DNA from: Candidatus Latescibacterota bacterium
GTDB lineage: Bacteria; Latescibacterota; UBA2968; GCA-2709665
DNA: 64,000 nucleotides
Reading direction: 5' to 3'
Assembly: GCA_965237675.1 (NCBI GenBank)
Contig: OZ250150.1
Coordinates: 2,016,001 to 2,080,000 of the forward strand
In this document: in pieces, positions 59,786 to 64,000 of the stretch
Position numbering within the stretch: the first letter of the stretch is position 1
Layout of the letters: each line of letters starts with the position of its first letter
Position numbers and translations under genes: made by a program
Notes under the pieces: model-generated
The model's database searches: none
The model's input: only the letters and a program-made list of their open reading frames with translations
Told to the model about the DNA's origin: nothing

Positions 59786-60433
59786 TCAGATCACGACCCT
59801 CTTGGCCGCGGTGATTACGGGAATTCCCCGGATCGCGCACAGGGCGACGGTCAGGTAGGTCGCTGCCAGAGCGACCCTCTCCACACCCGGTTCGACCGCA
59901 CCCGCCAGGTTCGGTGAATGTTGCACGGCGTTCAGGATGAACAACGCGACGAAAGCGATCACCTTCGCAACGCCGTACGTCGCCCGGCTCGCCCGGGAGG
60001 CAACAAGGGCGTACCCCATGCGCGACCGCATCATCGATGTCTCACCGAACGCGGTCTCACCTCGGGCCAGCGCGCAACTCCGAATCGCGTCCGTCACGAA
60101 TCCCCTGCTGAGCACAACCAGGGGCACCCAGAGGGGGATCACATGTAACCACGCGAACACCACCCACCACACGTTCTCCGCTATCCGGTCTCCGACGATA
60201 TCGAGCAATCCGCCGACTTTGCTCTCGCATCCCAGGCGGCGTGCGGCGTACCCATCCAGCCAATCCATCAGCAGCGCGGCAAACGCGAGGGGCACCGCAA
60301 TCCAGGCCAGCACGGTATTTCCGGTGACCGCGAAGGCCGCCGCCAGAAACAGGCAGACGACCCGGGTGGCGGTGATCAGGTTGGCAACGTGGCGCTGAAG
60401 GGTGGCTGCAACCATCAATGTCTGTGTTGACAT
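59786..60433 (-). CDS. CDP-alcohol phosphatidyltransferase family protein
   Basis: ANLITATR; DWLDGYAARRLGCESKVGGLLDIVGD signature; GGAGG RBS before ATG 60433. Confidence 0.92.
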   Translation of the reverse strand: MSTQTLMVAATLQRHVANLITATRVVCLFLAAAFAVTGNTVLAWIAVPLAFAALLMDWLDGYAARRLGCESKVGGLLDIVGDRIAENVWWVVFAWLHVIPLWVPLVVLSRGFVTDAIRSCALARGETAFGETSMMRSRMGYALVASRASRATYGVAKVIAFVALFILNAVQHSPNLAGAVEPGVERVALAATYLTVALCAIRGIPVITAAKRVVI

Positions 60434-60462
60434 AACTTCCTCCTTTCTTGCACCACACATTT

Positions 60463-60478
60463 CGCAAACCCCGTGCCA
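60463..60478 (-). promoter_or_regulatory. Sigma-54 (-24/-12) promoter
   Basis: TGGCACGGGGTTTGCG matches TGGCAC-N5-TTGC exactly, 30 bp upstream of ATG 60433. Confidence 0.85.
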
Positions 60479-60542
60479 CAGCCGTTCGGGCTCGAAATCA
60501 GGCCGATTAGATGATTTTCGGCACCTGAAAGCGCCCGACCTG

Positions 60543-60580
60543 TGCAATGTTTTATTTGCACCTGCAATCCCGGTCTTGCA
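60543..60580. promoter_or_regulatory. Twin palindromic enhancer sites (UAS)
   Basis: TGCAA-N8-TTGCA at 60543-60560 and 60563-60580, centres 20 bp apart. Confidence 0.72.
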
Positions 60581-60686
60581 GGCAACGCGCCGATAGGCGG
60601 CACAAAAAAACCCGAAGACAAGAAATTTGTCTTCGGGCACCCTTTGGGGAGGCGACGATCCAACTGCATTGTTTATTATTATAATT

Positions 60687-61140
60687 TTACGTCCTTTTTC
60701 TTGTACGCCCAAGAAAAAGGACCAAAAAGAACGGCGCCGCTCGGCGCGGAGCCGGTTTTTCCGCGAATCGCCTCAGAGGCATAAACGGGAATTGGGTACC
60801 CTGCGAACCTGTCAGGTGTACCTGTACCACCGTGCTGGACGGAACAGTACGGAAAAACCCCCCTTTCCACCACCGGTCGCACGATCGGTAGATCGGGAAG
60901 CTGCGCGAAAGGCGGGCGGTTCGCGAACCGCCCCTACGAAAACCTGATGTCCGTGATGTTGATATCACGGTGTTTCTCGCCAACCTCGTATTCGTAGGGG
61001 CGACTCTTAGAGTCGCCCACGTCGTGGCGTGCATATCGCTAATTGGCTTCGCCAAGCCATGTCGATGTCCGGTGTTGGCTTTTTGCTGTCTACTGACCGC
61101 TGTTCTCGCCGGAGGCAGGGAATTTGGGGAGATGTGGATT
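60687..61140 (-). repeat. Structured ~450-nt repeated element, copy B, containing GTAG REPs
   Basis: Inverted homolog of 9415-9864; REPs at about 60914-60937 and 60994-61018. Confidence 0.8.
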
Positions 61141-61197
61141 TTGAAATTGGTTTTCGGTTTTGATCTTTGTTGACTGCTGAAGGCTGACTGCTGACTG

Positions 61198-62595
61198 CTA
61201 TCTGTAAATCCCGGGATCGATCCCGAGTTCCCTCACTTTCTGCTGCAGCGCCTGTCGCTTCATGCCAATGGCGGGCGCCGTCCGGCTCATATTGCCGTTG
61301 TGGCGTTCCAGAGCCGACCGGAGAAACGCTGCTTCGAAATCCTGCACGACCTCCTGTTTGGCGTCCTGAAAACAATCGCCATCCCTCCAGCCGGGCGTCG
61401 CGGCCCCGGCGTATTCCGCCCCGCTCGTACGGATTTCCTCCGGAAACAGATCTCTGCTCAGGGTGGATCCGTCCGCCAGAATGATCGCGCGCTCGAGCGC
61501 GTGCATCAGTTCCCGAATGTTTCCCGGCCAGGCGTATGCCACCAGCAGCTTCATCGCGTCAGCCGGCAGTTCCGTTACGGCCTTACCATGCCGGCGATTG
61601 AATCGATCCAGGAAATATTGAACAAGCAGCGGAATATCCTCACGTCGGTCGCGCAACGGCGGAAGGAGAATATCCACCACTCTCAGTCGATAATAGAGGT
61701 CCTCGCGGAACTGCCCTCGCGCAATCTCACTCGGAAGGTCCCGATTGGTCGCGCTGATCGTCCGCACGTCTACAGCCACCGTCTCCGTACCGCCCAGGCG
61801 CTCGAACCGTTGTTCCTGGAGCACCCGCAGCAGTTTTGCCTGGGTCTCCACGTGCATATCGCCGATCTCATCCAGAAAGAGCGTTCCGCCATCCGCAAGC
61901 TCAAACTTGCCCTGCCGCCTCGCCGCGGCTCCCGTAAAAGCGCCTTTCTCATGCCCGAACAGCTCGCTTTCGATCAGCTCCGTGGGGAGCGCCGCGGCAT
62001 TCACGGCGATAAACGGCCGCTCCTTCCTCCCGCTTTGTTCGTGAATCGCACGGGCCACGAGTTCCTTGCCGGTTCCGCTTTCCCCGTGAACCAGCACGGC
62101 AGCATCCGTTCCGGCCACCTTGCCGATCATGTCATACACCCCGTCCATCGCCCGGCTCCGGCCGATCATCAGTCCGAACCCCGACTGTCGCCGAATCTCG
62201 TTGCGCAGCGTTTCGTTCTCCCTGCGCAGTCTCACGGTCTCCAACGCGTTTTGTACGAGACAGCGAAGTTCGTCCACGTCGTAGGGCTTGCTCACGTAGT
62301 CGTACGCGCCCGCCTTCATTGCCTCCACGGCAATCCGCTCCGATCCGTAGGCTGTCATGACAATGACCGGCGGCGCGCTTCCCTGATCGCCAAGGCGCTT
62401 GACCAGCGTCAACCCATCCATTTTCGGCATCTGGATGTCACAGATCAACAGATCGGGACGGCTGCGTGCAATTTCCTCGAGTGCCGCCGCCCCATCTCCC
62501 GCTTCGACGATCTCGAAGGACAGTGCCGCCAGGGCCCGCTTCAGGCCGTGCCGAGCGGCAGGGTCGTCGTCTACAACCAGAATCTTATGCCGCAT
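61198..62595 (-). CDS. NtrC-family sigma-54 response regulator
   Basis: ILVVDDD, DIQMP, GESGTGKE, GAFTGA, WPGNIREL, Fis-like HTH. Confidence 0.94.
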   Translation of the reverse strand: MRHKILVVDDDPAARHGLKRALAALSFEIVEAGDGAAALEEIARSRPDLLICDIQMPKMDGLTLVKRLGDQGSAPPVIVMTAYGSERIAVEAMKAGAYDYVSKPYDVDELRCLVQNALETVRLRRENETLRNEIRRQSGFGLMIGRSRAMDGVYDMIGKVAGTDAAVLVHGESGTGKELVARAIHEQSGRKERPFIAVNAAALPTELIESELFGHEKGAFTGAAARRQGKFELADGGTLFLDEIGDMHVETQAKLLRVLQEQRFERLGGTETVAVDVRTISATNRDLPSEIARGQFREDLYYRLRVVDILLPPLRDRREDIPLLVQYFLDRFNRRHGKAVTELPADAMKLLVAYAWPGNIRELMHALERAIILADGSTLSRDLFPEEIRTSGAEYAGAATPGWRDGDCFQDAKQEVVQDFEAAFLRSALERHNGNMSRTAPAIGMKRQALQQKVRELGIDPGIYR

Positions 62596-64000
62596 CGTCT
62601 CCTCCGGGAAGTTGAACTTCGAACACAGCTCCATCCGGGTTCTCGTTTGCGACCGCGATCGATCCGCCCATTCGTTCCACGTCCCGCTTCACGATGGCAA
62701 GCCCCAACCCGGTCCCAGAAGATTTTGTGGTAAAGAACGGTTCGAAAACGTGGGAGAGGGCCTCATCTTGAATTCCCGGCCCGGTATCCGACACCCGCAC
62801 CGCCACCCGCCCATCCGAATGTCCCGCCCGCACGGTCAGACGCCGTTCCGTCCCGTCATCCGCCTCTTCCATTGCCTGAATGCCGTTTAGTATCAGGTTG
62901 AAAAACACCTCCTTCAGATCCTCGGGATCTCCCCTGACCACAAGGCCCTCTCCAACCTCGGATCGGATCTCCACGTTCCTTCGCTCCGCCTCATGCGACA
63001 GGATCAACACCACGTCTCCAAGCACGGCCTTCAGGTCCACCGGATGGAATGCGTCGCCCTGTTTGGGCTGGGCAAACCTGAGCAGCCGGTCCACCACGCG
63101 GCCCAACCGGTCGATTTCATTCAACACAACGGTCAGATCTCCGGACTTGGTTGCGTCGTTCGCGAGGTCTTCACGTAGCACGGTGGTAATCGCCTTGATC
63201 GAACTGAGCGGATTCTTCACCTCGTGCGCGATGCTCGCCGAAAGCAGCCCCAGCGCCGACAGCCGCTCCGCCTCGTACATACGTCGTTCCAGGTGCAGTC
63301 GACGTTCCACCAGACGGGTATTCTCCACGGCCAGCGCAATCTGATTACAGAGCGTGCCGAGCAGGTCCCACTCCTCCGACGAAAAAGGCACGCCGCGTTT
63401 TTTCTCTCCCAGGCACAGGAATCCGGCGGGCTTATCCTCCTGCATCACGGGTATGCACAGCCGGACCCCCTGCTCGGTGAGGACCGCGGCGAGGGCCGGA
63501 CGATGCAACTCGCCCACGTCCAGCGGCCGTCGGTTGAACGACATCCATACCGCCACTTGCTCTACCTGCCCCAATTCGTGGTTCCTTCGACTGAACGGTG
63601 CCTCGGGAGGATCGAAGCCCGCCAGACCGCCGCCTGAAACCACACGCACGTCACTGACCCGTCCCTCCTCGTACTCGAACAACACCAGCGAAACAAGATG
63701 CACTTTCAACACGGTTCCCACGGCGTCCACAACCACCTTCAACCGCCTTTCGAGCGCGTCCGGCACGTTCAACGTCTGGCTAAGCGTGCCCAGCAGGTGC
63801 TGATATTCGTATCGCGCTTTAAAAAACAGCCGGTTGATCGCCCTCTGCAACCGATTCTTGACCGGCTGAAAGAGGAAGATCAACAGGGAAATCAGTACCG
63901 CCTCAACGACTTCCACCCGGAACCCGCCGCCCAGGCGTCCGAATTCCTCCGCAACGCGACGGATCACAAGCAGGTAAACGGTCAGGACGATGCCCGTCAG
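62585..64000 (-). CDS. Membrane GAF-domain sensor histidine kinase (5' end outside window)
   Basis: TM segments, LFQPVKNRLQ..INRLFF, GAF (LGEKK....FS.EE..LL), AHEVKNPL, DTGPG, GTGLGL. Confidence 0.9.
   Translation of the reverse strand: MTGIVLTVYLLVIRRVAEEFGRLGGGFRVEVVEAVLISLLIFLFQPVKNRLQRAINRLFFKARYEYQHLLGTLSQTLNVPDALERRLKVVVDAVGTVLKVHLVSLVLFEYEEGRVSDVRVVSGGGLAGFDPPEAPFSRRNHELGQVEQVAVWMSFNRRPLDVGELHRPALAAVLTEQGVRLCIPVMQEDKPAGFLCLGEKKRGVPFSSEEWDLLGTLCNQIALAVENTRLVERRLHLERRMYEAERLSALGLLSASIAHEVKNPLSSIKAITTVLREDLANDATKSGDLTVVLNEIDRLGRVVDRLLRFAQPKQGDAFHPVDLKAVLGDVVLILSHEAERRNVEIRSEVGEGLVVRGDPEDLKEVFFNLILNGIQAMEEADDGTERRLTVRAGHSDGRVAVRVSDTGPGIQDEALSHVFEPFFTTKSSGTGLGLAIVKRDVERMGGSIAVANENPDGAVFEVQLPGGDDAA

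Noticed and set aside
61300-62733. Long antisense ORFs (477 aa here; also 10484-11842 and 14500-15429)
   Set aside because: Shadows of well-supported genes on the opposite strand in GC-rich DNA, with no motifs.

Overview
GC-rich bacterial chromosomal window with no rRNA, tRNA or CRISPR array detected. PorV-like barrels plus sigma-54 systems suggest an FCB-group organism such as Latescibacterota or Gemmatimonadota (inference). 1-15.6 kb: housekeeping and catabolic genes (TIM-barrel isomerase, ROK kinase, cutA, serine hydrolase, glyA, pyrB, sppA, a HigBA-like TA pair, an M14 deacylase, a BNR protein), with candidate attenuators before glyA and pyrB. 15.9-39.7 kb: an almost entirely + strand accessory tract (GNATs, NUDIX, AAC(3)-like, APH-like kinases, S9 peptidases, methyltransferases, intact and broken TA modules) with two IS1380 copies, MITEs and REP/REPIN repeats. 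39.8-64 kb: a minus-strand region bracketed by two sigma-54 two-component systems. Its standout feature is a 14 kb array (46.2-60.4 kb) downstream of a consensus sigma-54 promoter with twin enhancer palindromes. It encodes two lipid-related membrane proteins, five exported proteins built from tandem copies of an unnamed ~85-aa Sm-like repeat with swappable membrane anchors, three paralogous lipoproteins with one related unit, and two PorV-like barrels. An IS630 and a group II intron remnant interrupt it. A ~450-nt repeated element with a covarying stem and a terminal triple-helix motif occurs twice (9.4-9.9 kb and 60.7-61.1 kb). All calls are by eye from motifs; no database search was run.
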